Positions 30,889 to 42,217 of a DNA stretch of 64,000 nt are shown one piece after another. This DNA comes from Elainellaceae cyanobacterium (lineage in GTDB: Bacteria; Cyanobacteriota; Cyanobacteriia; CAZCXK01), in NCBI GenBank assembly GCA_051117555.1, contig JBNPEG010000016.1, forward strand, positions 1-64,000, in the 5' to 3' direction. The position numbers were made by a program, and so were the translations under genes. The notes under the pieces were generated by a model. That model did not search any database, had not been told where the DNA came from, and saw only the letters and a list, made by a program, of their open reading frames with translations. The number at the start of each line of letters is the position of its first letter. Within the stretch, counting starts at the first letter, position 1.

Positions 30889-33372
30889 ATGTTTGAACAA
30901 TTCACTGACAAAGCGATTGCAGTGGTGATGATAGCCCAACAGGAGACCCGACGTTTGGGGCACTCTTTTGTTGGTACAGAACAAATTTTGTTGGGCTTGA
31001 TTGGTGAAGGCACTAGCGCCGCTGCACGAGTATTGAAAGATTTAGGCTTGACGCTTGAAACAGTTCAAGCAGAAGTTGAAAAAGCCATTGGTCGAGGGGC
31101 AGGGCCTGTTCCGGCTCAAATCCCTCTGACACCGAAGACAAAGCGGGTATTAGAGCAGGCATTTCAGGAATCCAGGAACTTGGATCATCGCTATGTCGGA
31201 CCTGAGCACTTGTTGTTGAGCCTAACGAAGCATCGAGATAGCGTTGCTGCCAAAATCTTAGAAAATCTAGGGATCAATCTGGATGCTGTTCGCACTAAGA
31301 TTATTCGAGAACTCGGCGAGGCGGCAGCGGTTCCAGTCGGAGGAGAGCCCCAAGCCCCTAAACGCTTCCAAGGCAAAGCGCTCAAAGAATTCGGTGCTGA
31401 CCTTACGGAAATGGCGGCTCAGGGTAAGATTGATCCGGTGATTGGTCGCCAGCGTGAGATTGAGCGAGTGATTCAAATTCTCGGACGGCGAACCAAAAAT
31501 AATCCCGTTCTAATTGGTGAACCCGGTGTTGGTAAGACGGCGATCGCTGAAGGGCTTGCCCATCGCATCGTAGATCGCGATGTGCCTGAAATGCTGGAAG
31601 ACAAGCGTATCATCAGGCTCGACATGGGGCTGCTAGTTGGCGGGACTCGCTTCCGCGGAGAGTTTGAGGAGCGTCTAAAGCAAATCACTGAAGAAGTTCG
31701 TCAAGATCCGAGCGTTATTTTGGTCATTGATGAAATTCATACGCTAGTAGGCGCGGGTTCGATGGAAGGCGGGATTGATGCCGCCAACTTGCTGAAGCCA
31801 GCTCTGGCGCGAGGTGAGCTCCAGTGCATCGGCGCAACGACGCTGGATGAATATCGGAAGCATATTGAGCGAGATGCGGCGTTAGAGCGTCGCCTGCAAC
31901 CGATTCAAGTTGGAGAGCCCACTGTTGAAGAAACAGTTGAAATTCTCGGCGGCTTACGTGCCCGATATGAACAGCATCATCAGCTTACAATCACGGATGA
32001 AGCATTGGATGCGGCTGCTAAGCTTTCGGATCGTTACATATCCGATCGATTCTTGCCTGATAAAGCTATCGATTTAATCGATGAAGCGGGATCACGGGTG
32101 CGCCTCCGCCACTACAAGAAACTGCCTACTCAGGAATTGAAGCAAGAGCTTCGCCAGGTTCGTAATGAGAAGACCTCGTATGTGTCAGCTCAAGAGTTCG
32201 ACAAGGCGACAGAACTGCGCGATCGCGAACTAGCGCTTGAGGAGCAAATTCAGCAAGTTCGTGATTCTCAGTACGATGAGTATGACTCGACTGAAAACCG
32301 AGGCAGTCCGTTGGTGACAGAAGAGGATATTGCTCAGGTCGTGTCGGTTTGGACAGGAGTGCCAGTCAACCGCTTGACCGAATCTGAGTCGATGTTGATT
32401 TTGCATCTTGAAGACACGCTGCATGAGCGGCTCATTGGTCAAGATGAGGCAGTAGCGGCTGTATCGCGTGCTATTCGGCGATCGCGCGTTGGGCTCAATA
32501 ATCCAAATCGCCCGATTGCGAGCTTATTTTTCTCAGGGCCAACAGGAGTTGGTAAGACAGAACTCGCCAAAGCCATTGCCGCTAGCGTATTCGGCTCTGA
32601 ATCTGCCATGATTCGGCTCGACATGTCCGAATTTATGGAGCGCCATACCGCATCGAAGCTGATTGGTTCTCCTCCCGGATTTGTCGGGTATGAAGAGGGC
32701 GGGCAACTCACCGAAGCGGTGCGTCGCAAACCCTATTCGGTGTTGCTGTTAGACGAGATCGAAAAAGCGCATCCTGATGTGTTTAATATGCTCTTGCAGA
32801 TTCTTGAAGATGGTCGTCTAACAGACGCCAAAGGGCGAGTCGTCAACTTCAACAATACCCTGCTGATCATGACCTCAAATATTGGTTCGAGGGTCATTGA
32901 GAAAGGGGGTGGCGGTATCGGCTTTGATGTCTCTGCCGACGGCGAGCAAGATGTTCAATATAACCGGATTCGTTCGCTGGTTCATGATGAGCTGAAGCAA
33001 TACTTCCGTCCAGAATTTCTCAACCGCTTGGATGAGGTGATCGTCTTCCGTCAGCTTAAGCGCGATGAAGTGAAGCAGATTGCCGAGTTGATGATTCATG
33101 AGGTAACGGCTCGATTGGCTGACAAAGGCATCGGGCTAGAACTCACCGAGGCATTTAAAGAGCGAATTGTTCTTGAGGGCTATGATCCCCGGTATGGGGC
33201 TCGCCCGCTGCGTCGAGCGATCGCCCGTTTGGTTGAAGACCATCTGGCAGAAGCACTCCTATCTAATCGAGTTCAAGAAGGGGGAACTGCTGTGATGGAT
33301 GTTGACGACGATGGACAAATTCAGGTGCAGGGCCGACTCGCTCCTGAGCTTGTGGGGATTGCTCAGCAGTAG
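30889..33372 (+). CDS. clpC: ATP-dependent Clp protease ATP-binding subunit (ClpC-like, probably a paralog)
   Basis: Two Clp-N repeats, [16 protein letters not shown]-like segment, [16 protein letters not shown]. Confidence 0.92.
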   Translation: MFEQFTDKAIAVVMIAQQETRRLGHSFVGTEQILLGLIGEGTSAAARVLKDLGLTLETVQAEVEKAIGRGAGPVPAQIPLTPKTKRVLEQAFQESRNLDHRYVGPEHLLLSLTKHRDSVAAKILENLGINLDAVRTKIIRELGEAAAVPVGGEPQAPKRFQGKALKEFGADLTEMAAQGKIDPVIGRQREIERVIQILGRRTKNNPVLIGEPGVGKTAIAEGLAHRIVDRDVPEMLEDKRIIRLDMGLLVGGTRFRGEFEERLKQITEEVRQDPSVILVIDEIHTLVGAGSMEGGIDAANLLKPALARGELQCIGATTLDEYRKHIERDAALERRLQPIQVGEPTVEETVEILGGLRARYEQHHQLTITDEALDAAAKLSDRYISDRFLPDKAIDLIDEAGSRVRLRHYKKLPTQELKQELRQVRNEKTSYVSAQEFDKATELRDRELALEEQIQQVRDSQYDEYDSTENRGSPLVTEEDIAQVVSVWTGVPVNRLTESESMLILHLEDTLHERLIGQDEAVAAVSRAIRRSRVGLNNPNRPIASLFFSGPTGVGKTELAKAIAASVFGSESAMIRLDMSEFMERHTASKLIGSPPGFVGYEEGGQLTEAVRRKPYSVLLLDEIEKAHPDVFNMLLQILEDGRLTDAKGRVVNFNNTLLIMTSNIGSRVIEKGGGGIGFDVSADGEQDVQYNRIRSLVHDELKQYFRPEFLNRLDEVIVFRQLKRDEVKQIAELMIHEVTARLADKGIGLELTEAFKERIVLEGYDPRYGARPLRRAIARLVEDHLAEALLSNRVQEGGTAVMDVDDDGQIQVQGRLAPELVGIAQQ

Positions 33373-33430
33373 TTTGCTCAGCAGTCATCAGTCAACAGTA
33401 ACCCAGCAAGACCGTTAAAAATTATCTGAG

Positions 33431-33458
33431 AGGGCAGCTCTACGCTGTCCTTTTTTTT
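33431..33458 (+). terminator. Intrinsic terminator after clpC
   Basis: AGGGCAGC-TCTAC-GCTGTCCT followed by a T run. Confidence 0.8.
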
Positions 33459-33461
33459 GCG

Positions 33462-33553
33462 TTAGCGGTATGCACTTGGGTTATGACGTTGAACATATAG
33501 TGAGCCTCCGCGCCGCAGGGCTCACTACACAAACCTGAGCCCGTAGGGCTATA
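33462..33553 (-). mobile_element. MITE-like family B copy (diverged)
   Basis: Reverse complement resembles 36613-36706 (AGCCCGTAGGGCTATA end, GTGAGCC/GGCTCAC hairpin). Confidence 0.6.
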
Positions 33554-33909
33554 TATCTGAGCCTGTGCACCCAACCCGCTAACGAACTCACAAAATACAA
33601 CAAAGTGAGCCAGGAAGGCGAGTGTAAGCTAGAGCAAAGGCAATTCCAAAACGATCTCTACCAATTTCCGATTCTGGATGTCCGATTTTGAATTGGTAGA
33701 TGCCGCTGAGTGGTGTTCAGGGTTTGCATTTGTAACTCTAATTCGCAGAATTGCTTTTAGTGCGAGATAGAGGCTGCATTCAGAGGCATTTCCAGGGCTG
33801 ATTAACTGATCCCCCCTTTGCCTGTAGCGGCTGTGCATAGCATCAAAGTTTGGTTAGTCCCCTAGCCCCGTTTGAGGCGATCGCTCTTTTTCGCCGATTT
33901 CCAAGTCTT

Positions 33910-33990
33910 ATTATCGATCTTGAATCGCTTGTGAATTGAGCTGTGAGCGGTGTGCCGCCTGCCGCTCACAACCCATCTGGGATTGCTATA
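33910..33990 (-). mobile_element. Family A, copy 2
   Basis: AATCGCTTGTG...TGTGAGCGG..CCGCTCACAACCCATCTGGGATTGCTATA, the reverse complement of the 242-333 pattern. Confidence 0.7.
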
Positions 33991-34066
33991 TATCTAAAAA
34001 CTAATAATCTTGCTTTATTTAATCTAGGAGTCAAACTCAACGACTTGAGGGTTTGACAACACCATT

Positions 34067-34693
34067 ATGAGTAATTTTTGGATTAAAATATTTGCCGCAG
34101 TTGATATGGTTATTGACCATATAGGAGCAGTATTTTTTCCCGATGTTTATCTTATTAGATATCTTGGGAGACTGAGTTTTCCCTTGTTTGCCTGGTTAAT
34201 TGGCGAAGGCGAAAAACATACCAAAAACATCAAACAATACGGGGCTAGATTGCTAATCTTTGGGTTGATTAGTCAACCTGCTTACAGCATTTTGTTTGAT
34301 ACCTATCAGCTCAATATTTTATTTACGTTAATGCTCGGATTACTGACTCTACGACTTGGCAAATATTTTGAAAATTATAAGTACATTGTTTGGGCAATCG
34401 GTATCCTTCTCGGAGCAATAATCCAGATAGATTTCGATGCGTATGGGATCGTTGTCATCTTGTTAATGGCTAATTTCCGCCCAAATCTAACCTGGTGGAT
34501 GACCTGGGTGGCGACCCATAGTATTTACATAATACTGTTTCCCTATGAAGGACTATTCCAACTATTTGCAATTCCTGCGCCCATCGCGGTTCAACTTTCT
34601 AATCATGAGCGGGGGCGTCGTGCTCGATGGTTTTATTGGTTTTATCCGGCGCATCTATGCGTTTTACTATTTGTAAAAGTCCTGATGAATTAA
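34067..34693 (+). CDS. TraX-family membrane protein
   Basis: KIFA..DMVIDHIG, GRLSFPLFAWLIGEG..HT, NILFTL, FYWFYPAHL. Confidence 0.85.
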   Translation: MSNFWIKIFAAVDMVIDHIGAVFFPDVYLIRYLGRLSFPLFAWLIGEGEKHTKNIKQYGARLLIFGLISQPAYSILFDTYQLNILFTLMLGLLTLRLGKYFENYKYIVWAIGILLGAIIQIDFDAYGIVVILLMANFRPNLTWWMTWVATHSIYIILFPYEGLFQLFAIPAPIAVQLSNHERGRRARWFYWFYPAHLCVLLFVKVLMN

Positions 34694-34776
34694 TGGAGGC
34701 TCGGAGAAAAATTTATCGAAAATTCATTTTGCCTTCGCTACAGAAAGTGTATATTTATGCAATCTTCATCGCAAAA

Positions 34777-34828
34777 TATAGCAATCCCAAACTCACACAT
34801 AGTTCACAAGCGATTTAGGATCGCCATA
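34777..34828 (+). mobile_element. Family A, copy 3 (internally deleted)
   Basis: TATAGCAATCCCA...CTCACACA...CACAAGCGATTTAGGATCGCCATA; both ends kept, hairpin lost. Confidence 0.65.
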
Positions 34829-35020
34829 AATTGGCTTTCCACCAGGGTCGGTCTGCAAATACAAAACAACTGGTGGAGCTGTTGAGAAAAAATCTATTCT
34901 CTCTGTTGATAACGCCATGTAAAGCTTTAGACTGATCGTCTTTCAAACAGTTAAACTCAATCCAAATTCTGTAGAATTATCGTCTTCCATACCCTATTTA
35001 TCTCATCACTAAGTCACTTT

Positions 35021-36589
35021 ATGGTAAGACTTACTCAATCCCCTATGAGATGGTTTCGGCTATGGATTATCACGCTGGTAATTCTAGGGATATTTTTCAG
35101 AATTGTTAACCTAGATCAAAAGGTTTACTGGCGAGATGAGGCGCTGACATCACTTCGAATTTCAGGGTATACGGTTGTTCAAGTTATCGATCAAACTTTT
35201 GGTGGACAAACGGTTTCTCTAGATGACCTTCAGACATTTCAGCGTCTGAGCCCAACTGCTAAACCTCTTGAGACGATTTACACTATTGCTAGAGATAATC
35301 CCCATCATCCTCCCCTTTATTTTCTGATTACTCAATATTGGGCAAAATGGTTTGGTGATTCTGCCAGCGCTTTACGGAGCTTATCGGTTCTGTTTAGCTT
35401 GGCTAGTCTATTTCTGATGTATTGGCTATGTCGGGAATTATTTGCTAATTCACACGTGGCTGAGGTGGCGATCGCTCTTTTTGCTGTGTCCCCATTTCAG
35501 CTTCTCTATGCCCAAGAAGCAAGGCCCTATAGCCTTTGGATTGCAACAATTCTGCTCTCAAGCACGTTGCTGTTACGGGCGCTGCGTTTTAGTACTGCCT
35601 TGAGTTGGATCGCTTACGCTGTTAGCGTAGTTCTTGGGCTGTATACAGCTCTATTTTCGGTATTTATCGTTATTGGGCATTGCCTATACGTTTTGATAAC
35701 AGAACGATGTCGTCTTACAGCACGTCTCAAAGCATTTCTGATTGCATCTGGAGCTAGTTTAGCGGCTTTTCTACCCTGGCTTATTGTCGTTAAGCAAAAT
35801 ATTTCTCAGATTAATGAATCAACAAGTTGGGTCAATCAAACAATTTCCTTACCAACCCAAATAAAAATCTGGCTGCTCAACGGAGTTCGTATCTTTTTCG
35901 ACATTGACTTTAAGCTAGGCAATCCACTTGGCTTTTTTGCAATTCTAATAGTAGTGCTAATCCCGTTTTCACTATATTTTTTGTGGCGATACAGTAGAGA
36001 AAATGCATACCTATTTGTATTATGTTTGATTGGGGTGACCGCATGTGTGCTAGTAGGTTCAGATGGTCTATTCGGTGGAGTTAGATCGGTCACGGCTCGC
36101 TATGTCATCCCGTGTATTTTGGGAATTCAAATTGCCGTTGCTCATTTATTAGCGACCCAGTGTACGGTTCCATCTCCACTATTTTCTCCACTATTTAAAC
36201 AACATCAATTCTGGAAGACTATTACCGCATTAGTCCTCTCATTGGGCTTGCTATCGAGTGCCATGATTTCACAAGCAGATTCATGGTGGAATAAATATTC
36301 TGATGAATACAATTTTGTGGTTTCAGATATTGTCAATGAATCGCCTAATTCAGTCTTGATGAGCTTTAGCGGATCTGTTGGGCAGATTTTGTCGCTTAGC
36401 CATTCGTTGAATTCTAATGTGAAACTTCGATTATTCATGAATTCTGAAGTTAAACATCTCCCCGATGATCCTGGCACCATTTTCTTACTCAATCCTTCCA
36501 AAGATCTACGAGATCATCTCAGGCAAGAAGAGGGCTATCAGGTAGAGAATATCCACCAGCCTGGAAATCTTTGGCGACTAGAGCGTTGA
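35021..36589 (+). CDS. GT-C fold glycosyltransferase (GT39/PMT-like)
   Basis: YWRDEA.T.LR, HPPLYF, YAQEARPYSL, multiple TMs. Confidence 0.87.
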   Translation: MVRLTQSPMRWFRLWIITLVILGIFFRIVNLDQKVYWRDEALTSLRISGYTVVQVIDQTFGGQTVSLDDLQTFQRLSPTAKPLETIYTIARDNPHHPPLYFLITQYWAKWFGDSASALRSLSVLFSLASLFLMYWLCRELFANSHVAEVAIALFAVSPFQLLYAQEARPYSLWIATILLSSTLLLRALRFSTALSWIAYAVSVVLGLYTALFSVFIVIGHCLYVLITERCRLTARLKAFLIASGASLAAFLPWLIVVKQNISQINESTSWVNQTISLPTQIKIWLLNGVRIFFDIDFKLGNPLGFFAILIVVLIPFSLYFLWRYSRENAYLFVLCLIGVTACVLVGSDGLFGGVRSVTARYVIPCILGIQIAVAHLLATQCTVPSPLFSPLFKQHQFWKTITALVLSLGLLSSAMISQADSWWNKYSDEYNFVVSDIVNESPNSVLMSFSGSVGQILSLSHSLNSNVKLRLFMNSEVKHLPDDPGTIFLLNPSKDLRDHLRQEEGYQVENIHQPGNLWRLER

Positions 36590-36612
36590 ATTAAACCTTT
36601 CAAATATCTCTA

Positions 36613-36706
36613 TATAGCCCTACGGGCTTAGGTTTTTGTGGTGAGCCCCCGCGGCGTGGGGGCTCACCACACGTTCAGCGTCCTAACGCGAGAGCGTAAG
36701 ACTATA
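36613..36706 (+). mobile_element. MITE-like family B copy
   Basis: TATAGCCCTACGGGCT...TTCAGCGTCCTAACGCGAGAGCGTAAGACTATA; homologous to 61808-61898. Confidence 0.7.
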
Positions 36707-36999
36707 AATGACTGAGTTAAGCTCAATTGAAAGTCCACGCCAGTACGCTCCAATTTTTCGCATTTTCAGATTGAGTCGTTGTCAAGTCTATGGTTGACTG
36801 GCATATTCTTTCTATCATTTGTGTTGCGAGTTCTAGTGAGCCACGTCCCTATTACTGTAGATGACGCTAGATGACGCTCTATGGATGCATCGAGGATTGC
36901 TATTCTCTAAAAGTTTGTTTGAGCAAAATTTAGCAGATACATGTCTTCGCCATCATCTTGGAGTCCCTAAAATGTGGCTGTCAGGCAGCAGCGTTGATA

Positions 37000-38568
37000 T
37001 TAGAACGTCAGATGAGAACCGATTTGACGACTGCGACCGTAGGCGATCGCCATCAAGATTCCAATCCCGGCTAACGGAATCAATGTCCAAATCCAGTTGG
37101 GTTGGTTGATTCCATATGCTGCCAAAACCCAACCCAAAAAAATCAGCACTTCGAGGAGCTTGAGGATTGTGTCACCCGTTTGGTCTTGCTGACGCTTAAA
37201 TAGATTAGCTAATGGTACGGGAGGAGAATTCCAAAGCTGCAATAGGGCAAAACAAACTGTAGAGGCGAAAACGATTACCCCTGAGCCGAACCACGATTCT
37301 CCTCGAAGCATTAGCCCTATAAACAGTGGCGATAGGACAACCCAAACGGGAATGAGAGCTGCTAATAACTTTCCGCGACGCAGAGTAGCGCTTTGGATGG
37401 GAGATGATTTTAGCAGCTCGGTCGCTTCCTCGCCTGCGACGACAATTCTGGTGAGATTAATGGTTAACCCGCCACCAATTAATACGCTGACAGTAGCGAT
37501 TGAGGCTGACGGATCGATGGCTAACTCGTGTCCGTCGCCGCGTAGCAAAATAATTGCGGCAGGAATTAAAAAAATAAGTTGAAATAGCGTTTGAGCAATA
37601 AGATAGGGATTTCGCCGGATAATTTTCCATTCTTTGACGATGAAAAGGCGAAGCCCACTTGCTTGAAACGCGCTAGGCTGACGATTTGAAGGACGATGAA
37701 GGGATGTAACCGTTTGCTGCGTGCTTGCAACAAAGCGTTGATGCAGGGCTTCAACCGTTCCCCATGCGATCGCCCCACCGAGTGCCAATACTAAACCCAC
37801 TGCAATGGGGTCAAAAAATACGGCGTGAGCCGGAAACCAAACCCAGCTTGACGTATCAGCGAGAGCTGACGAGGTTAGCCATCCCAGGCGATCGCGCACT
37901 GGGGAGAGGTCGATATCGCTGCTGCTGATCAGATTGGGTAACTGCGATACGAGTACCAGAAGCGCTGTAATGCCTCCAGCAACGATTTGGGCGATTGTGC
38001 GGGCTTTGCGAGCGCCAAACCAATGCACCAGACCCAAGGTAATCAGCATTGACACACTCGCCGCAATTAACGACAGGCTGACCAGAGTTGGATAAATTCC
38101 CAATAAGCGCGGAATCCATAACAGCAAGGCTCCCAACGTAACGGGAATGAGCACTAGACTAAACCCTAAAAAGATTGTGAGAGCAAGGCTCAGGAGCCGG
38201 CTTGTGAAGATAACCTTGTCAGAAATAGGAGAACTCAGCAGCAGATCGAGATCGCCTCGGTCAAACAAAATCTTGACGCCCTGATTCATCCCTTGAATGA
38301 GCCCATAGACCAGCAGCACTCCCAAAACACCTGTCACAATCCAAATGGCGGCATCGGGAAGCTCTGATGCGGTTAGCGTTTGCCGAATACTAGACAGCGC
38401 CAACCATATTCCAGAGATAAAAACGAGCGCGATCGCCCCTAAAACAATCCACCATACCTTGGTGCCACGACGTCCACTAACGTCGCGCCACCAAAGGCGC
38501 AGCTCATGATAGACAAGCCACGGGAGACTACCAACAGGCGCATTAATCATGCGCTGCTTTGATTGCAT
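37000..38568 (-). CDS. Putative ABC exporter permease
   Basis: About 12 TMs, duplicated DLLLSSPI / ELLKSSPI motif; overlaps the ATPase gene. Confidence 0.8.
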   Translation of the reverse strand: MQSKQRMINAPVGSLPWLVYHELRLWWRDVSGRRGTKVWWIVLGAIALVFISGIWLALSSIRQTLTASELPDAAIWIVTGVLGVLLVYGLIQGMNQGVKILFDRGDLDLLLSSPISDKVIFTSRLLSLALTIFLGFSLVLIPVTLGALLLWIPRLLGIYPTLVSLSLIAASVSMLITLGLVHWFGARKARTIAQIVAGGITALLVLVSQLPNLISSSDIDLSPVRDRLGWLTSSALADTSSWVWFPAHAVFFDPIAVGLVLALGGAIAWGTVEALHQRFVASTQQTVTSLHRPSNRQPSAFQASGLRLFIVKEWKIIRRNPYLIAQTLFQLIFLIPAAIILLRGDGHELAIDPSASIATVSVLIGGGLTINLTRIVVAGEEATELLKSSPIQSATLRRGKLLAALIPVWVVLSPLFIGLMLRGESWFGSGVIVFASTVCFALLQLWNSPPVPLANLFKRQQDQTGDTILKLLEVLIFLGWVLAAYGINQPNWIWTLIPLAGIGILMAIAYGRSRQIGSHLTF

Positions 38569-39316
38569 CGGTAGGCGATCGCGTCAGTGACAAAAACACG
38601 GCTTCTAGAGTGCCATCAGTTCCGCTCTTACGTTTTAGTTGATCTAACGTTCCCTCAGCAACCAATTCCCCTTGATTGATAATACCGATGCGTTCTGCTA
38701 AGCGTTCGGCGATTTCCATAATGTGGGTCGTCAGAATGACGGTGTTGCCCTGCGCTACATAGTCTTTGAGAATATCCTTGACCAGTTTGGCAGCCGCCGC
38801 GTCTAGACCCGTCAGCGGTTCATCTAAAATAATAATTTGAGGGCGATGAATAAAGGCTCCAGCAAGGGCAAGCTTTTGCTTCATTCCCCGAGAAAACGTC
38901 TCACAGAAAGAATCTCGCACATCCCATAGATTCAAAATATCGAGTAAGCGTTTGGCGTCAGCAAATGCTTGGTTGGGCGGAATGCCCCATAATCCGGCTA
39001 CGAATTCTAGATATTCCATCGGGTTGAGTTTGCTGTAGAGCATCGGGTCTTCTGGCAAATACGCCAACACCTGTTTAGCGGCCTTTGGCTGTTGACAAAT
39101 GCTGTGCCCATTGAGCCATGCATCACCTCGATCGGGCTCTAGAAGCCCGGCGACGATTCGCAGCGTGGTCGTTTTCCCAGCACCGTTGGGTCCGAGTAGA
39201 GCATAAAACTGCCCCATCGGAATCTGAAGATGAAGATGATTAACAGCAACCTGCGAACCAAACTGTTTCTTGAGATCAACGATTTCTAGCGCCAGGGGTT
39301 GATTCATGATCCACAA
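38543..39316 (-). CDS. ABC transporter ATP-binding protein
   Basis: GPNGAGKTT, FSRGMKQK, ILDEP, TTH. Confidence 0.93.
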   Translation of the reverse strand: MWIMNQPLALEIVDLKKQFGSQVAVNHLHLQIPMGQFYALLGPNGAGKTTTLRIVAGLLEPDRGDAWLNGHSICQQPKAAKQVLAYLPEDPMLYSKLNPMEYLEFVAGLWGIPPNQAFADAKRLLDILNLWDVRDSFCETFSRGMKQKLALAGAFIHRPQIIILDEPLTGLDAAAAKLVKDILKDYVAQGNTVILTTHIMEIAERLAERIGIINQGELVAEGTLDQLKRKSGTDGTLEAVFLSLTRSPTDAIKAAHD

Positions 39317-39356
39317 TGATGCTCATCAGGCTGTTTCACCTCGTTAAACACATGCC

Positions 39357-41435
39357 TTAAAATTGCTTAGAAGTCGATGCCGGTAACGACAACTGGCGAC
39401 GAGCAGGCTTCACAGACTTGCGCATATCTCGGGAACCATTCCTTGAGCCACGTTTGGCCCCTTTGGTAGCCCCATTGATAGACCCGGCATCATCAGGGAG
39501 CAAAAATTCGCGGATAAATCGAGCGATCGCCCGTTGTGCAAGACCGCCTGCGATTTCTTGTCCCATTTGGTGAACCTCAGGTTTCGTAGCTAAACGAGAC
39601 ATTAAATTCACTAATTGCAGCGGATCAAATCCTGGTGTTTCTTGCAGAATACCAATAATACGGCGGATATGGGCTACATTGCTCTGATCATCTTCAACGG
39701 GGCGAGCAGGAGTGTTTTTGCCATCTAAGCCGACTCGTCGACGCAAATTATGAGTCACACGTTGCAACGTATCGCGTCCCATCACGTCGATGCTCTTGAC
39801 AAGTTCATCAACCAGATAATTCCGGATAAATTCGCCTCGCTCAGAGAATAGAAAATCCGCTGTCTGGTCGAGAATTTGGCTCATGTCATAGTCTTCGGTT
39901 TTGCTGGCATTGCGCAGCAGATTTTCTAACCGATTCCAACGGAAGCGTCCTTCTTTGAACAGTAAATCTTTCAGGGACGCTCTGAGCTCAGGAGAGGGGT
40001 CGGTTAAGAGTCGTCGTGCTACATACGGATATGCTTTGCTGAGCACCTTAAAATCTGGATCAGCGTTAATCGCGATGCCCTCTAGCGTCACCAGGGAGCG
40101 AATGATGAGCGCATAGTAAGCAGGCACCCGGAACGGATATTCATACATCACTTCTGAAAGCTGATCGGTAATGCTTTTGAAGTTTAGTTCGGCAACGCTA
40201 GCTCCTAGCGCGTTATTAAACACATCTGCCAGCGCTGGAATAATCGGCGACAAATCTGTATCAGGACTCAAAAACTCTAGCCTGACATAGTCTTCTGCCA
40301 GCCCTTCAAAATCGCGGTTGACTAGATGAACAACCGCCTGGAGCAAACCATAGCGCTGATGGGGCTTGACTTCACTCATCATGCCAAAGTCGAGATAGGC
40401 GAGCTTGCCCTCAGGCGTTGCTAATAGATTGCCAGGATGGGGGTCAGCATGGAAAAAACCATGTTCTAGAAGCTGGCGCAACGAACACTGTACACCAGTT
40501 TCGATGAGCGCACTCGGATCAAGCCCCTGAGCACGCATCGTGTCTAGATGAGTGAGCTTCGTGCCTGTTACCCATTCCATCGTCAAGACTCGCCGACGGG
40601 TAAATTGCCAATGGATATCAGGAACATAGATATCAGGAAGGTGCCCATACAAATGTTCAAACCTTTCTGCATTGCGGCCTTCATGGACATAATCCATTTC
40701 TTCGTAGATGCGTGCCCCAAATTCATCCATGATGCCGACTAAGTCGCTCTTGACTTGGGGAATAGACTGACTCGCTCGTTGGGCAAGCAATCGAAGAATG
40801 TAAATGTCTAAGCCGATGCGCTTTGCCAGACCCGGACGCTGTACTTTAATAGCAACTGCTTCGCCCGTCTTGAGCTTGCCTTTGTAGACTTGCCCTAACG
40901 AGGCGGCAGCGATAGGATTTGCTGAAATCTCGGCATAAACGTTTTCAGGAGCTTTGCCGAGTTCTTCTTGGATGAAGCGGAATGCAATCTTATTTGGAAA
41001 CGGGGGAAGTTGATCCTGAAGCTGGCTCAGCTCATCTAAATAAATGGGCGGAACGAGATCGGGACGAGTTGACAATGCCTGACCAATTTTGATGTAAGCA
41101 GGGCCCAGATTCGTCAAGATTTTTCGTGCCTCAACGGCTCGGCGACGCTCTTTCTTTTCGGTACGCCCCGTTGTTCTGTCCCACCACAGACGGATTGCGA
41201 AGGTTGCCAATGGCCAAACGATTGAAAACATTCGTCCCCAGACTTTAAGAGGGCGTCGCTTGTAATACGCTGCGATCGCATCTGGGTCATAGCGAACAAT
41301 TTCATAATCAGACGGGGGAACATTTTCCTGGACAGCTTGCAGCGACGGGTCATCGGGTGAAAGACTACCCTCAACCACAACCGAACGAGCATTCTGGGTT
41401 CCATTCGTCATATGCGTATCTGCCATGCGTTGCAT
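39357..41435 (-). CDS. AarF/ABC1/UbiB atypical kinase
   Basis: IKIGQALSTRPD, AAASLGQVY, VAIKVQRP, FHADPHPGN, DFGM. Confidence 0.93.
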   Translation of the reverse strand: MQRMADTHMTNGTQNARSVVVEGSLSPDDPSLQAVQENVPPSDYEIVRYDPDAIAAYYKRRPLKVWGRMFSIVWPLATFAIRLWWDRTTGRTEKKERRRAVEARKILTNLGPAYIKIGQALSTRPDLVPPIYLDELSQLQDQLPPFPNKIAFRFIQEELGKAPENVYAEISANPIAAASLGQVYKGKLKTGEAVAIKVQRPGLAKRIGLDIYILRLLAQRASQSIPQVKSDLVGIMDEFGARIYEEMDYVHEGRNAERFEHLYGHLPDIYVPDIHWQFTRRRVLTMEWVTGTKLTHLDTMRAQGLDPSALIETGVQCSLRQLLEHGFFHADPHPGNLLATPEGKLAYLDFGMMSEVKPHQRYGLLQAVVHLVNRDFEGLAEDYVRLEFLSPDTDLSPIIPALADVFNNALGASVAELNFKSITDQLSEVMYEYPFRVPAYYALIIRSLVTLEGIAINADPDFKVLSKAYPYVARRLLTDPSPELRASLKDLLFKEGRFRWNRLENLLRNASKTEDYDMSQILDQTADFLFSERGEFIRNYLVDELVKSIDVMGRDTLQRVTHNLRRRVGLDGKNTPARPVEDDQSNVAHIRRIIGILQETPGFDPLQLVNLMSRLATKPEVHQMGQEIAGGLAQRAIARFIREFLLPDDAGSINGATKGAKRGSRNGSRDMRKSVKPARRQLSLPASTSKQF

Positions 41436-41945
41436 AATATCTAACGGGGTGGGTGGGCACTCAAAAACTGATTTAGAGAAGGCGGGCGCGAAATGGTTTG
41501 ATTTTAGAAATTAAGAATTATCCGGGAACAGACTCTGAACAAATCGCCAATCTGCTCAACTCGCGAAACAGATTTAAGAATTAGCCTTAGATTCAATCTT
41601 TACAACCCAACCTCTATAACTTGAAGGCTAAATGCATTCGATCGCCAAACACAATCTCCCTACGTTACATATTGTAACAACCTATCCCACCCTAAATTAA
41701 ATCTTTCTTAAGTAGTATCTCATTGCCACCCATGCTGCCTATCTGCCTGTGGTTTAGCTTAGACAACCGATGTCATGGACAGAGTTTTCTCTTCCCTATC
41801 AGAGAATTTGTGGATCTTGATTGGCACATGGCTGACTAGCCCATCGAACTACCACTACACTGAATTAATGTACTAGCTACGTACTGAGTGTCAATAATTC
41901 ATATGCATAGATGTTCAGAGATGGCGAGACTTAAATGATGCTATA

Positions 41946-42037
41946 TGTAGCAATCCTAAATCGCTTGTGACCTGTGTGTGAGCGGTGGGGCGATCGCCGA
42001 CCGCCCCACCGCACAAAACCCATCTGGGATTGCTATA
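41946..42037 (-). mobile_element. Family A, copy 4
   Basis: TGTAGCAATCCTAAATCGCTTGTG...CCCATCTGGGATTGCTATA; contains HIP1 within the hairpin. Confidence 0.72.
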
Positions 42038-42217
42038 AGTGGTGAGATTCACATATCGGAAGCTTCAATGTTCTACCTGATCTAAATGATTTCTAACCGC
42101 TTATCTGACCGCTTATTTGTAAGAATGGCAGTTGCTGAGATTTTTCGTCAGATTAGTTGTGGATCGCTGCCTCGATTGTTTGCTCATGTCAGCTTCTGTT
42201 CAGGTTGATTAGAGTTC

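Noticed and set aside
33629..33838. 69-aa ORF between clpC and traX
   Set aside because: No recognisable similarity; lies between repeat elements.
41862..41886. LexA box upstream of recN
   Set aside because: GTAC half-sites are present, but spacing and sequence do not fit AGTAC-N4-GTAC (at least 3 mismatches).
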